NCBI RefSeq assembly: GCF_009914755.1
Contig: NC_060933.1
Source: the human T2T-CHM13v2.0 reference genome, Homo sapiens
DNA length: 64,000 nucleotides
Direction: 5' to 3' (one strand)
The notes beneath the pieces were generated by a model that had not been told where the DNA came from, did no database searches, and saw only the letters and a list, made by a program, of their open reading frames with translations. This document shows, piece after piece, positions 13,870 through 28,800 of this stretch. A program made the position numbers and the translations under genes. Positions within the stretch are counted from its first letter, which is position 1, and each line of letters opens with the position of its first letter.

Positions 13870-16800
13870 TCCATTCCATTCCATTCGGATTGATTCTATT
13901 CAATTCCCTTACACTCCATTACATTCCATTCCATTCGGGTATTTTCTTTCCATTCCATTCCATTCCTCTCCATTCCATTGCACTCGGGTTGATTCCATTC
14001 CATTCCATTCCATTCCATTCCATTCCGGATGATTCCATTCCATTGCATTCCGTTCCATTACATTCCCCTGCACTCGCGTTGATTCCATTCCATTCCATTC
14101 CATTCCATTGAATTCCATTCCATTACAATTCCTTCCATTCCATTCTATTCCGTACCATTCCATTCCATTCCATACCATTCCATTGCATTCCATTCCATTC
14201 CATTCCATTCCACTCCATTCCACTCCTTTCTAGTCCTTTCCATTCCATTCCAATCAGGTTGATTCCATTCTATTCCTTTCCATTCCATTCCTTTCCATTG
14301 CAATCGAGTTGATTCCATTGCTTTGCATTCCATTCCATTCCATTCCATTCCGGATGATTCCATTCCATTGCATTCCATTCCATTCCATTACCCTGCACTC
14401 GTGTTGAATCCATTCCATTCCACTCCATTCCGTTCCATTCCATTCCATTCCATTACATTCCATTGTATTCGGGTTAATTCCATTCCATTCCATTCCATTC
14501 CATTCCATTCCATTCCATTCCATTCCATTACAATCGAGTTGATTCCATTCCATTCCATTCCATTCCATTCCAGTCCTTTCCATTCCATTCCACTCGGGTT
14601 GATTCCAGTCTATTAGTTTCCATTCCATTCCATTCCCTTCCATTCCACTCTGGTTGATTCCATTCCTTTCCATTCCACTCGAATACATTCCCTCCTATTC
14701 CACTCCGAACGATTCCATTCCATTCCATTCCATTCCATTCCATTCCATTCCGTTCCATTCCATTCCATTACATTCGGATTGATACTATTCAATTCCCTTA
14801 CACTCCATTACATTCCATTCCATTCGGGTAGTTTCCATTCCATTCCATTCCATTCCTCTCCATTCCATTGCACTCGGGTTGATTCCACTCCATTGCATTC
14901 CATTCCATTCCATTCAATTCCATTCCGTTCCATTCCATTCCATTACATTCGGATTGATTCTATTCAACTCCCTTACTCTCCATTACATTCCATTCCATTC
15001 GGGTTGTTCCATTCCATTCCATTCCATTCCACTCCATTCCATTGCACTCGGGTTGATTCCATTCCATTCCATTCCATTCCATTCCATTCCATTCCGGATG
15101 ATTCCATTCCATTACATTCCGTTCCATTACATTCCCTTGCACTCGGGTTGATTCCATTCCATTCCATTCCATTCCATTCGATTCCATTCCATTCCAATTC
15201 TTTCCATTCCATTCTATTCCTTACCATTCCATTCCATTCCATACAACTGCATTCCATTCCATTCCATTCCGTTCCGTTCCGTTCCGTTCCGTTCCGTTCC
15301 ATTCCATTCCATTCCATTCTATTCGGGTTAATTCCATTCCATTCCATTCCATTCCATTCTATTCCATTCCATTGCAATCGAGTTGAATCCATTGCATTCC
15401 ATTCCATTCCATTCCGGAAGATTCCATTGCATTGCATTCCATTCCATTCCATTCCCCTGCACTCGTGTTGATTCCATTCCATTCCATTCCATTCCATTCC
15501 ATTCCGAACCGTTCCGTTCCATTCCATTCCATTCCATTCCATTCTATGCGGGTTAATTCCATTCCATTCCATTCGATTGCAATCGAGTTGATTCCATTCC
15601 ATTCCATTCCATTCCATTCCATTCCTTTCCATTACATTACGTATGATTCCATTCCATTTCATTCCATTCCATTCCATTCCCTTGTACTCGGGTTGATTCC
15701 ATTCCATTCCATTCCAATCCATGCCATTCCACTCGTGTTGATTCCATTCTTTCCATTCCATTCAAGTTGAATCCATTCCATTGCATTCCATTCCATTCGA
15801 TTCCATTCGATTGCACTTGGGTTGATTCCATGGCTTTGCATTCCATTCCATTCCATTCCATTCCTTTCCATTCCATTCCATTCCATTCGGATTCATTCTA
15901 TTCAATTCCCTTACACTCCATTACATTCCATTCCATTCGGGTAGTTTCCATTCCATTCCATTCCATTCCTCTCCATTCCATTGCACTCGGGTTGATTCCA
16001 TTCCATTCCATTCCATTCCTTTCCATTCCATTCCATTCCATTCCGGATGATTCCATTCCATTGAATTCCATTCCATTCCATTCCCCTGCACTTGGGTTGA
16101 TTCCATTCCATTCCATTCCATTCCTTTCTGTTCCATTCCATTCCATTCCATTCCATTCTATTCGTGTTAATTCCATTCCATTCTATTCCATTCCATTCCA
16201 TTGAATTCGAGTTGATTCCATTCCATTCCATTCCATTCCATTCCATTCCATTCCATTCCGGATGATTCCATTGCATTGCATTCCATTCCATTCCATTCCC
16301 CTGCACTCGGGTTGATTCCATTCGATTCCATTGCATTACATTCCGTTCCATTCCGTTCCATTTCATTCTATTCGGGTTAATTCCATTCCATTGCATTCCA
16401 CTCCATTCCAGTCCTTTCCATTCCATTCCACTCGGGTTGATTCCATTCTCTTCCTTTCCATTCCATTCCATTCCATTGCAATCGAGTTGATTCCATTCGA
16501 GTTGAATCCATTCCATTCCATTCCATTCCATTGCACACGGGTTCATTCCATTCCATTCCATTCCATTCCATTCCATTCCATTTCATTCCATTCCATTCTA
16601 TTCCGTACCATTCCATTCCATCCGATTCCATTGCGTTCCATTCCATGCCATTACACTCGGGTTGATTCCATTCCTTTCCATTCCTTTCTTGTTGAATCCA
16701 TTCCATTCCATTCCATTCCATTCGAATCCATTCCATTGCACTCGGGTTGATTCCATTCCATTCCATTCCATTCCATTTCATTCCATTCCATTCCATTACA

Positions 16801-19800
16801 TTCGGATTGATTCTATTCAATTCCCTTACACTCCGTTACATTCCATTCCATTCGGGATGTTTCTATTCCATTCCATTCCATTCCACTCCATTCCATTGCA
16901 TCAGGTTGATGGCATTCCATTCCATTCCATTCCATTCCGGATGATTCCATTCCATTGCATTCCATTCCATTCCATTCCCCTGCACTCGGGTTGATTCCAT
17001 TCCATTCCATTCCATTCCATTCCATTCCATTCCGTTCCATTCCATTCCATTCCATTCTATTCTGGTTAATTCCATTCCATTGCATTCGATTCCATTCCAT
17101 TGCCTTCCATTCCATTGCAATCGAGTTGATTCCATTCCATTCCATTCCATTCCGTTCCGGATGATTCCATTCCATTCCATTCCATTCCATTCCATACCAT
17201 TCCCCGGCAGTCGGGTTAATTCCATTCCATTCCATTCCATTCCATTCCATTCCATTCCATTCCATTCCGTTCCATTCCATTCCATTCCATTCTATTCGGG
17301 TTAATTCCATTCCATTCCATTCCATTCCATTCCATTCCATTCCATTCCAATCGAGTTGATTCCATTCCATTCCATTCGATTCCATTCCATTCCACTCCAT
17401 TCCAGTCCTTTCCATTCCATTACACTCGGGTTGATTCCATTCTATTCCTTTCCATTCCATTCCATTCCATTGCAATCGAGTTGATTCCATGGCTTTGCAT
17501 TCCATTCCATTCCATTCCATTCCGGATGATTCCATTCCATTGCATTCCGTTCCATTACATTCCCCTGCACTCGGGTTGATTCCATTCCATTCCATTCGAT
17601 TCCATTCCATTCCATTCCATTCCATTCCATTCCTTTCCATTATATTACGGATGATTCTATTCCATTGCATTCCATTCCATTCCATTCCCCTGTACTCGGG
17701 TTGATTCCAATCCATTCCATTCCATTCCAATCCATGCCATTCCACTCGTATTGATTCCATTGTTTTCATTCCATTCAAGTTGATTCCATTCCATTGCATT
17801 CCATTCCAGTCCATTCCATTCCATTCCATTCCATTCCGTTCCATTCCATTCCATTCCATTCGGATTGATTCTATTCAATTCCCTTACACTCCATTACATT
17901 CCATTCCATTCGGGTAGTTTCCATTCCATTCCATTCCATTCCTCTCCATTCCATTGCACTCGGGTTGATTCCATTCCATTGCATTCCATTCCATACCGTT
18001 CAATTCCATTCCATTCCATTCCATTCCATTACATTCGGATTGATTCTATTCAACTCCCTTACTCTCCATTACATTCGATTCCATTCGGGTTGTTCCATTC
18101 CATTCCATTCCATTCCACTCCATTCCATTGCACTCGGGTTGATTCCATTCAATTCCATTCCATTCCATTCCATTCCATTCCATTCCATTCCGTTCCGGAA
18201 GATTCCATTCCATTGCATTCCATTCCATTCCATTCCCCTGTACTCACGTTGATTCCATTCCATTCCATTTCATTCCATTCCATTCCATTCCATTCCATTC
18301 CATTCCATTCCTTTCCGTTCCATTCCATTCCATTCCATTCCATTCCATTCCGTTCCGTCCCGTTCCGTTCCATTGCATTCCATTCCATTCTATTCGGGTT
18401 AATTCCATTCCATTCCATTCGATTGCAATCGAGTTGATTCCATGCCATTCCATTCCATTCCATTCCATTCCATTCCATACCTTTCCATTCCATTACGGAT
18501 GATTCCATTGCATTGCATTCCATTCCATTCCTTTCCCCTGTACTCGGGTTGATTCCATTCCATTCCATTCCAATCCATGCCATTCCACTCGTGTTGATTC
18601 CATTCTTTCCATTCCATTCAAGTTGAATCCATTCCATTGCTTTCCATTCCATTCCATTCCCCTGCAGTCGGGTTGATTCCATTCCATTCCATTCCATTCC
18701 ATTCCATTCCATTCCATTTCATTCCGTTCCGTTCGGTTCCGTTCCATTCCATTCCATTCCATTCTATTCGGGTTAATTCCATTCCATTCCATTCCATTCC
18801 AATCGAGTTGATTCTATTCCATTCCATTCCATTCCATTCCACTCCATTCCAGTCCATTCCATTCCACTCCACTCGGGTTGATTCCAATGTATTCCTTTCC
18901 ATTCCATTCCATTCCATTGCAATCGAGTTGATTTCATTGCTTTGCATTCCATTCCATTCCATTCCATTCCGGATGATTCCATTCCATTGCATTCCATTCC
19001 ATTCCATTCCTCTGCACTCGGGTTGATTCCATTCCATTCCACTCCATTCCGTTCCATTCCATTCCATTCCATTGTATTCGGGTTAATTCCATTCCATTTC
19101 AGTCCATTCCATTCCATTCCATTCTATTACAATCGAGTTGATTCCATTCCATTCCATTCCATTCCATTCCAGTCCTTTCCATTCCATTCCACTCGGGTTG
19201 ATTCCATTCTATTTGTTTCCATTCCATTCCATTCCCTTCCATTCCACTCTGCTGATTCCATTCCTTTCCATTCCACTCGAATACATTCCCTCCTATTCCA
19301 CTCGGAACGATTCCATTCCATTCCATTCCATTCCATTCCATTCCATTCCATTCCATTTCGTTCCATTGCATTCTATTCCGTATCATTCCATTCCATTCCA
19401 TTCCATTCCATTCCATTCCACTCGTGTTGATTGCATTCCTTTCCATTGCATTAGGTTTGAAGGCATTCCATTCCATTCCATTCCATTCCATTCCATTCCA
19501 TTCCATTCCATTCCATTCCATTGTACTCGGGTTGATTCCATTCCATTGCATTCCATTCCATTCCATTCCGGATGATTCCCTTCCATTGCATTCCTTTCCT
19601 TTCCATTCCCCTGCACTCGGGTTGATTCCATTCCATTCCAATCCATTACATTCCGTTCCATTCCATTCCATTCCATTCGGATTGATTCTATTCAATTCCC
19701 TTACACTCCATTACATTCCATTCCATTCGGGTAGTTTCCATTCCATTCCATTCCATTCCTCTCCATTCCATTGCACTCGGGTTGATTCCATTCCATTCCA

Positions 19801-22800
19801 TTCCATTCCATTCCATTCCATTCCATTCCATTCCATTCCGTTCCATTGTACTCGGGTTGATTCCATTCCATTGCATTCCATTCCATTCCATTCCATTCCA
19901 TTCCATTCCATTCCATTCCATTCCGTTCCATTCCATTACTTTCGAATTGATTCTATTCAACTGCCTTACTCTCCATTACATTCCATTCCATTCGGGTTGT
20001 TCCATTCCATTCCATTCCATTCCACTCCATTCCATTGCACTCGGGTTGATTCCATTCCATTCCATTCAGGATGATTCCATTCCATTGCATTCCGTTCCAT
20101 TACATTCCCCTGCACTCGGGTTGATTCCATTCCATTCCATTCCATTCCATTCGATTCCATTCCATTCCAATTCTTTCCATTCCATTCTATTCCGTACCAT
20201 TCCATTCCATTCCATACAATTCCATTCCGTTCCATTCCACTCCGTTCCGTTCCGTTCAGTTCCGTTCCGTTCCGTTCCATTCCTTTCCATTCCATTCTAT
20301 TCGGTTTAATTCCATTCCATTCCATTCCATTCCATTCTATTCCATTCCATTGCAATCGAGTTGAATCCATTGCATTCCATTACATTCCATTCCATTCCAT
20401 TCCTTTCCATTCCGGAAGATTCCATTCCATTGCATTCCATTCCATTGCATTCCGTTCCATTCCATTCCATTCCATTCCATTCCATTCCATTCCATTCCAT
20501 TGTACTCGGGTTGATTCCATTCCATTGCATTCCATTGCATTCCATTCCATTCCATTCCATTCCGTTCCATTCCATTCCATTCCATTCGGATTGATTCTTT
20601 TCAACTCCCTTACTCTCCATTCCATTCCATTCCATTCGGGTTGTTCCATTCCATTCCATTCCATTCCACTCCATTCCATTGCACTCGGGTTGATTCCATT
20701 CCATTCCATTCCATTCCATTCCGGATGATTCCTTTCCATTGCATTCCGTTCCATTACATTCCCCTGCACTCGGGTTGATTCCATTCCATTCCATTCCATT
20801 CGATTCCATTCCATTCTCCTGCACTCGCGTTGATTCCATTCCATTCCATTCCATTCCATTCCATTCCATTCCATTCCATTCCTTTCCATTCCAGTCCTTT
20901 CCATTCCATTCCACTAGGGTTGATTCCATTCTATTATTTTCCATTCCATTCCGTTCCCTTCCATTCCACTCTGGTTGATTCCATTCCTTTCCATTCCTCT
21001 CGAATACATTCCCTCCTATTCCACTCGGAACGATTCCATTCCATTCCATTCCATTCCATTCCATTCCATTCCATTCCATTCCATTTCGTTCCATTCCATC
21101 CTATTCCGTATCATTCCATTCCATTCCATTCCATTCCATTCCATTCCATTCCATTCCACTCGTGTTGATTCCATTCCTTTCCATTCCATTCGGGTTGAAG
21201 GCATTCCATTCCATTCCATTCCATTCCGTTCCATTCCATTCCATTACATTCGGATTGATTCTATTCAATTCCCTTACACTCCATTACATTCCATTCCATT
21301 CGGGTAGTTTCCATTCCATTCCATTCCATTCCTCTCCATTCCATTGCACTCGGGTTGATTCCATTCCATTCCATTCCATTCCATTCCATTCCGGATGATT
21401 CCATTCCATTGCATTCCGTTCCATTACATTCCCCTGCACTCGCGTTGATTCCATTCCATTCCATTCCATTCCATTGAATTCCATTCCATTACAATTCCTT
21501 CCATTCCATTCTATTCCGTACCATTCCATTCCATTCCATACCATTCCATTGCATTCCATTCCATTCCATTCCATTCCATTCCACTCCATTCCAGTCCTTT
21601 CCATTCCATTCCAACCAGGTTGATTCCATTCTATTCCTTTCCATTCGATCTCTTTCCATTGCAATCGAGTTGATTCCATTGCTTTGCATTCCATTCCATT
21701 CCATTCCATTCCGGATGATTCCATTCCATTGCATTCCATTCCATTCCATTCCCCTGCACTCGGGTTGAATCCATTCCATTCCACTCCATTCCGTTCCATT
21801 CCATTCCATTCCATTCCATTCCATTGTATTCGGGTTAATTCCATTCCATTCCATTCCATTCCATTCCATTCCATTCCATTACAATCGAGTTGATTCCATT
21901 CCATTCCATTCCATTCCATTCCAGTCCTTTCCATTCCATTCCACTCGGGTTGATTCCAATCTATTAGTTTCCATTCCATTCCATTCCCTTCCATTCCTCT
22001 CTGGTTGATTCCATTCCTTTCCATTCCACTCGAATACTTTCCCTCCTATTCCACTCCGAACGATTCCATTCCATTCCATTCCATTCCATTCCATTCCGTT
22101 CCATTCCATTCCATTACATTCGGATTGATACTATTCAATTCCCTTACACTCCAGTACATTCCATTCCATTCGGGTAGTTTCCATTCCATTCCATTCCATT
22201 CCTCTCCATTCCATTGCACTCGGGTTGATTCCACTCCATTGCATTCCATTCCATTCCATTCAATTCCATTCCGTTCCATTCCATTCCATTACATTCGGAT
22301 TGATTCTATTCAACTCCCTTACTCTCCATTACATTCCATTCCATTCGGGTTGTTCCATTCCATTCCATTCCATTCCACTCCATTCCATTGCACTCGGGTT
22401 GATTCCGTTCCATTCCATTCCATTCCATTCCATTCCGGATGATTCCATTCCATTACATTCCGTTCCATTACATTCCCCTGCACTCGGGTTGATTCCATTC
22501 CATTCCATTCCATTCCATTCCATTCCATTCCATTCCAATTCTTTCCATTCCATTCTATTCCGTACCATTCCATTCCATTCCATACAATTCCATTCCATTC
22601 CATTCCATTCCGTTCCGTTCCGTTCCGTTCCGTTCCGTTCCATTCCATTCCATTCCATTCTATTCGGGTTAATTCCATTCCGTTCCATTCCATTCCATTC
22701 TATTCCATTCCATTGCAATCGAGTTGAATCCATTGCATTCCATTCCATTCCATTCCGGAAGATTCCATTGCATTGCATTCCATTCCATTCCATTCCCCTG

Positions 22801-24970
22801 CACTCGTGTTGATTCCATTCCATTCCATTCCATTCCATTCCATTCCGATCCGTTCCATTCCATTCCATTCCATTCCATTCCATTCCATTCCGTTCCGTTC
22901 CGTTCCATTCCATTCCATTCCATTCTATGCGGGTTAATTCCATTCCATTCCATTCGATTGCAATCGAGTTGATTCCATTCCATTCCATTCCATTCCATTC
23001 CATTCCATTCCATTCCATTCCTTTCCATTAAATTACGTATGATTCCATTCCAGTTTATTCCATTCCATTCCATTCCATTCCTTTCCATTAAATTACGTAT
23101 GATTCCATTCCATTTTATTCCATTCCATTCCATTCCCCTGTACTCTGGTTGATTCCATTCCATTCCATTCCAATCCATGCCATTCCACTCGTGTTGATTC
23201 CATTCTTTCCATTCCATTCAAGTTGAATCCATTCCATTGCATTCCATTCCATTCGATTCCATTCGATTGCACTCGGGTTGATTCCATGGCATTGCATTTC
23301 ATTCCATTCCATTCCATTCCTTTCCATTCCATTCCATTCCATTCGGATTCATTCTATTCAATTCCCTTACACTCCATTACATTCCATTCCCTTCGGGTAG
23401 TTTCCATTCCATTCCATTCCATTCCTCTCCATTCCATTGCACTCGGGTTGATTCCATTCCATTCCATTCCATTCCATTCCATTCCATTCCGGATGATTCC
23501 ATTCCATTGAATTCCATTCCATTCCATTCCCCTGCACTTGGGTTGATTCCATTCCATTCCATTCCATTCCTTTCTGTTCCATTCCATTCCATTCCATTCC
23601 ATTCCATTCTATTCGTGTTAATTCCATTCCATTCTATTCCATTCCATTCCATTGAAATCGAGTTGATTCCATTCCATTCCATTCCATTCCATTCCATTCC
23701 ATTCCGGATGATTCCATTGCATTGCATTCCATTCCATTCCATTCCCCTGCACTCGGGTTGATTCCATTCGATTCCATTGCATTACATTCCGTTCCATTCC
23801 GTTCCATTTCATTCTATTCGGGTTAATTCCATTCCATTGCATTCCACTCCATTCCAGTCCTTTCCATTCCATTCCACTCGGGTTGATTCCATTCTATTCC
23901 TTTCCATTCCATTCCATTCCATTGCAATCGAGTTGATTCCATTCGAGTTGAATCCATTCCATTCCATTCCATTCCATTGCACACGGGTTCATTCCATTCC
24001 ATTCCATTCCATTCCATTCCATTCCATTCCATTCCATTTCATTCCATTCCATTCTATTCCGTACCATTCCATTCCATCCCATTACATTCCGTTCCATTCC
24101 ATGCCATTACACTCGGGTTGATTCCATTCCTTTCCATTCCATTCTTGTTGAATCCATTCCATTCCATTCCATTCCATTCGAATCCATTCCATTGCACTCG
24201 GGTTGATTCCATTCCATTCCATTCCATTCCATTTCATTCCATTCCATTCCATTACATTCGGATTGATTCTATTCAATTCCCTTACACTCCATTACATTCC
24301 ATTCCATTCGGGATGTTTCCATTCCATTCCATTCCATTCCACTCCATTCCATTGCATCAGGTTGATGGCATTCCATTCCATTCCATTCCATTCCGGATGA
24401 TTCCATTCCATTGCATTCCATTCCATTCCATTCCCCTGCACTCGGGTTGATTCCATTCCATTCCATTCCATTCCATTCCATTCCGTTCCATTCCATTCCA
24501 TTCCATTCTATTCTGGTTAATTCCATTCCATAACATTCGATTCCATTCCATTCCCTTCCATTCCATTGCAATCGAGTTGATTCCATTCCATTCCATTCCA
24601 TTCCGTTCCGGATGATTCCATTCCATTCCATTCCATTCCATTCCATTCCATTCCCCTGCAGTCGGGTTGATTCCATTCCATTCCATTCCATTCCATTCCA
24701 TTCCATTCCATTTCGTTCCATTCCATTCCATTCCATTCTATTCGGGTGAATTCCATTCCATTCCATTCCATTCCATTCCATTCCATTCCATTCCACTCCA
24801 TTCTAGTCCTTTCCATTCCATTACACTCGGGTGATTCCATTCTATTCCTTTCCATTCCATTCCATTGCAATCGAGTTGATTCCATTGCTTTGCATTCCAT
24901 TCCATTCCATTCCATTCCGGATGATTCCATTCCGTTGCATTCCTTTCCATTACATTCCCCTGCACTCGGG
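13870..24970 (+). repeat. Dispersed duplication: about 13.9-17.6 kb repeated at about 21.2-25.0 kb (offset 7.35-7.46 kb)
   Basis: Shared markers CAATTCCTTCC (~14127/21493), GATACTATTC (~14781/22127), CTATGCGGGTT (~15544/22925) and GCATCAGGTTGATGGCATT (~16898/24354). ORF pairs 14879/22225, 15767/23223 and 16747/24203. Confidence 0.82.
23021..23125 (+). repeat. Local 60-bp tandem duplication
   Basis: CTTTCCATTAAATTACGTATGATTCCATTCCA(G/T)TTTATTC at 23021 and 23081. Confidence 0.9.
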
Positions 24971-25099
24971 TTTATTCCATTCCATTCCATTCCATTACAT
25001 TCGATTCCATTCCATTCCCCTGCACTCGCGTTGATTCCATTCCATTCCATTCCATTCCATTCCATTCCATTCCATTCCATTCCTTTCCGTTCCATTCCA

Positions 25100-25830
25100 T
25101 TCCATTCCATTCCGTTCCGTTCCATTCCATTCCATTCCATTCTATTCGCGTTAATTCCATTCCATTCCATTCGATTGCAATCGAGTTGATTCCATTCCAT
25201 TCCATTCCATTCCATTCCATTCCATTCCATTCCATTCCTTTCCATTCCATTACGGATGATTCTATTCCATTGCATTCCATTCCATTCCATTCCCCTGTAC
25301 TCGGGTTGATTCCATTGCATTCCATTCCATTCCATTCCCCTGCAGTTGGGTTGATTCCATTCCATTCCATTCCATTCCATTCCATTCCATTCCGTTCCGT
25401 TCCGTTCCGTTCCATTCCATTCCATTCCATTCTATTCGGGTTAATTCCATTCCATTCCATTCCATTCCATTCCTTTCCGTTCCATTCCATTCCATTCCAT
25501 TCCATTCCGTTCCGTTCCATTCCATTCCATTCCATTCTATTCGCGTTAATTCCATTCCATTCCATTCGATTGCAATCTAGTTGATTCCATTCCATTCCAT
25601 TCCATTCCATTCCATTCCATTCCATTCCATTCCTTTCCATTCCATTACGGATGATTCTATTCCATTGCATTCCATTCCATTCCATTCCCCTGTACTCGAG
25701 TTGATTCCATTGCATTCCATTCCATTCCATTCCCCTGCAGTCGGGTTGATTCCATTCCATTCCATTCCATTCCATTCCATTCCATTCTGTTCCGTTCCGT
25801 TCCATTCCATTCCATTCCATTCTATTCGGG
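25100..25830 (+). repeat. Local tandem duplication of about 390 bp, also present in the paralog at about 34.6-35.3 kb
   Basis: CTATTCGCGTTAATT at ~25142 and ~25537 (paralog ~34606/34986). GGATGATTCTATT occurs twice in each block. ORF pair 25186/25581. Confidence 0.82.
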
Positions 25831-28800
25831 TTAATTCCATTCCATTCCATTCCATTCCTTTCCATTCCATTCCAATCGAGTTGATTCCATTCCATTCCAT
25901 TCCATTCCATTCCATTCCATTCCAGTCCTTTCCATTCCATTCCACTCGGGTTGATTCCATTCTATTCGTTTCCATTCCATTCCATTCCCTTCCATTCCAC
26001 TCTGGTTGATTCCATTCCTTTCCATTCCACTCGAATACATTCCCTCCTATTCCACTCGGAACTATTCCATTCCATTCCATTCCATTCCATTCTATTCCAT
26101 TTCGTTCCATTCCATTCTATTCCGTATCATTCCATTCCATTCCATTCCATTCCATTCCATTCCACTCGTGTTGATTCCATTCCTTTCCATTCCATTCGGT
26201 TTGAAGGCTTTCCATTCCATTCCATTCCATTCCATTCCATTCCATTGTACTCGGGTTGATTCCATTCCATTGCATTCCATTCCATTCCATTCCATTCCAA
26301 TCCATTGCATTCCATTCCATTACATTCGGATTGATTCTATTCAACTCCCTTAGTCTCCATTACATTCCATTCCATTCGGGTTGTTCCATTCCATTCCATT
26401 CCATTCCACTCCATTCCATTGCACTCGGGTTGATTCCATTCCATTCCATTCCATTCCATTCCATTCCGGATGATTCCATTCCACTGCAATCCGTTCCATT
26501 ACATTCCCCTGCACTCGCGTTGATTCCATTCCATTCCATTCCATTCCATTCCATTCCGTTCCGTTCCATTCCATTCCATTCCATTCTATTTGGGTTAATT
26601 CCATTCCATTCCATTCGATTGCAATCGAGTTGATTCCCTTCCATTCCATTCCATTCCATTCCATTCCATTCCATTCCTTTCCATTACATTACGGATGATT
26701 CCATTCCATTGCATTCCATTCCATTCCATTCCCCTGTACTCGGGTTGATTCCATTCCATTCCATTCCAATCCATGCCATTCCACTCGTATTGATTCCATT
26801 GTTTCCATTCCATTCAAGTTGAATCCATTCCATTGCATTCCATTCCATTCGATTCCATTCGATTGCACTCGGGTTGATTCCATTCCATTGCATTCCATTC
26901 CATTCCATTCCATTCCATTCCATTCCATTCCATTCCATTCCGTTCCATTCCATTCCATTACATTCGCATTGATTCTATTCAATTCCCTTACACTCCATTA
27001 CATTCCATTCCTTTCGGGTAGTTTCCATTCCATTCCATTCCATTCCTCTCCATTCCATTGCACTCGGGTTGATTCCATTCCATTGCATTCCATTCCATAC
27101 CATTCAATTCCATTCCGTTCCATTCCATTCCATTACATTCGGATTGATTCTATTCAACTCCCTTACTCTCCATTACATTCGATTCCATTCGGGTTGTTCC
27201 ATTCCATTCCATTCCATTCCACTCCATTCCATTGCACTCAGGTTGATTCCATTCAATTCCATTCCATTCCATTCCATTCCATTCCATTCCGGAAGATTCC
27301 ATTCCATTGCATTCCATTCCATTCCATTCCCCTGCACTCACGTTGATTCCATTGCATTCCATTCCATTCCATTCCATTCAATTCCTTTCTGTTCCGTTCC
27401 ATTCCATTCCATTCCATTCCATTCCATTCCGTTCCGTTCTGTTCCATTCCATTCCATTCCATTCTATTCGGGTTAATTCCATTCCATTCCATTCGATTGC
27501 AATCGAGTTGATTCCTTGCCATTCCATTCCATTCCATTCCATTCCATTCCATGCCTTTCCATTCCATTACGGATGATTCCATTCCATTGCATTCCATTCC
27601 ATTGCTTTCCCCTGTACTCGGGTTGATTCCATTCCATTCCATTCCAATCCATGCCATTCCACTCGTGTTGATTCCATTCTTTCCATTCCATTCAAGTTGA
27701 ATCCATTCCATTGCTTTCCATTCCATTCCATTCCCCTGTAGTCGGGTTGATTCCATTCCATTCCATTCCATTCCATTCCATTCCATTCCATTCCGTTCCG
27801 TTCCGTTCCGTTCTGTTCCATTCCATTCCATTCCATTCTATTCGGGTTAATTCCATTCCATTCCATTCCATTCATTCCATTCCATTCCATTCCATTCCAA
27901 TCGAGTTGATTCCATTCCATTCCATTCCATTCCATTCCACTCCATTCCAGTCCTTTCCATTCCATTCCACTCGGGTTGATTCCAATGTATTCCTTTCCAT
28001 TCCATTCCATTCCATTGCAATCGAGTTGATTCCATTGCTTTGCATTCCATTCCATTCCATTCCATTCCGGATGACTCCATTCCATTGCATTCCATTCCAT
28101 TGCATTCCCCTGCACTCGGGTTGATTCCATTCCGTTCCACTCCATTCCGTTGCATTCCATTCCATTCCATTGTATTCGGGTTAATTCCATTCCATTCCAT
28201 TCCATTCCATTCCATTCCATTCCAATCGAGTTGATTCCATTCCATTCCATTCCATTCCATTCCATTCCATTCCAGTCCTTTCCATTGCATTCCACTCGGG
28301 TTGATTCCATTCTATTAGTTTCCATTCCATTCCATTCCCTTCCATTCCACTCTGGTTGATTCCATTCCTTTCCATTCCACTCGAATACATTCCCTCCTAT
28401 TCCACTCGGAACGATTCCATTCCATTTCATTCCATTCCATTCCATTCCATTCCATTCCATTCCGTTTTGTTCCATTACATTCTATTCCGTATCATTCCAT
28501 TCCATTCCATTCCATTCCATTCCATTCCATTCCATTCCATTCCACTCGTGTTGATTCCATTCCTTTCCATTCCATTCGGTTTGAAGGCTTTCCATTCCAT
28601 TCCATTCCATTCCATTCCATTCCATTCCATTGTACTCGGGTTGATTCCATTCCATTGCATTCCATTCCATTCCATTCCATTCCAATCCGTTGCATTCCAT
28701 TCCATTACATTCGGATTGATTCTATTCAACTCCCTTACTCTCCATTACATTCCATTCCATTCGGGTTGTTCCATTCCATTCCATTCCATTCCACTCCATT

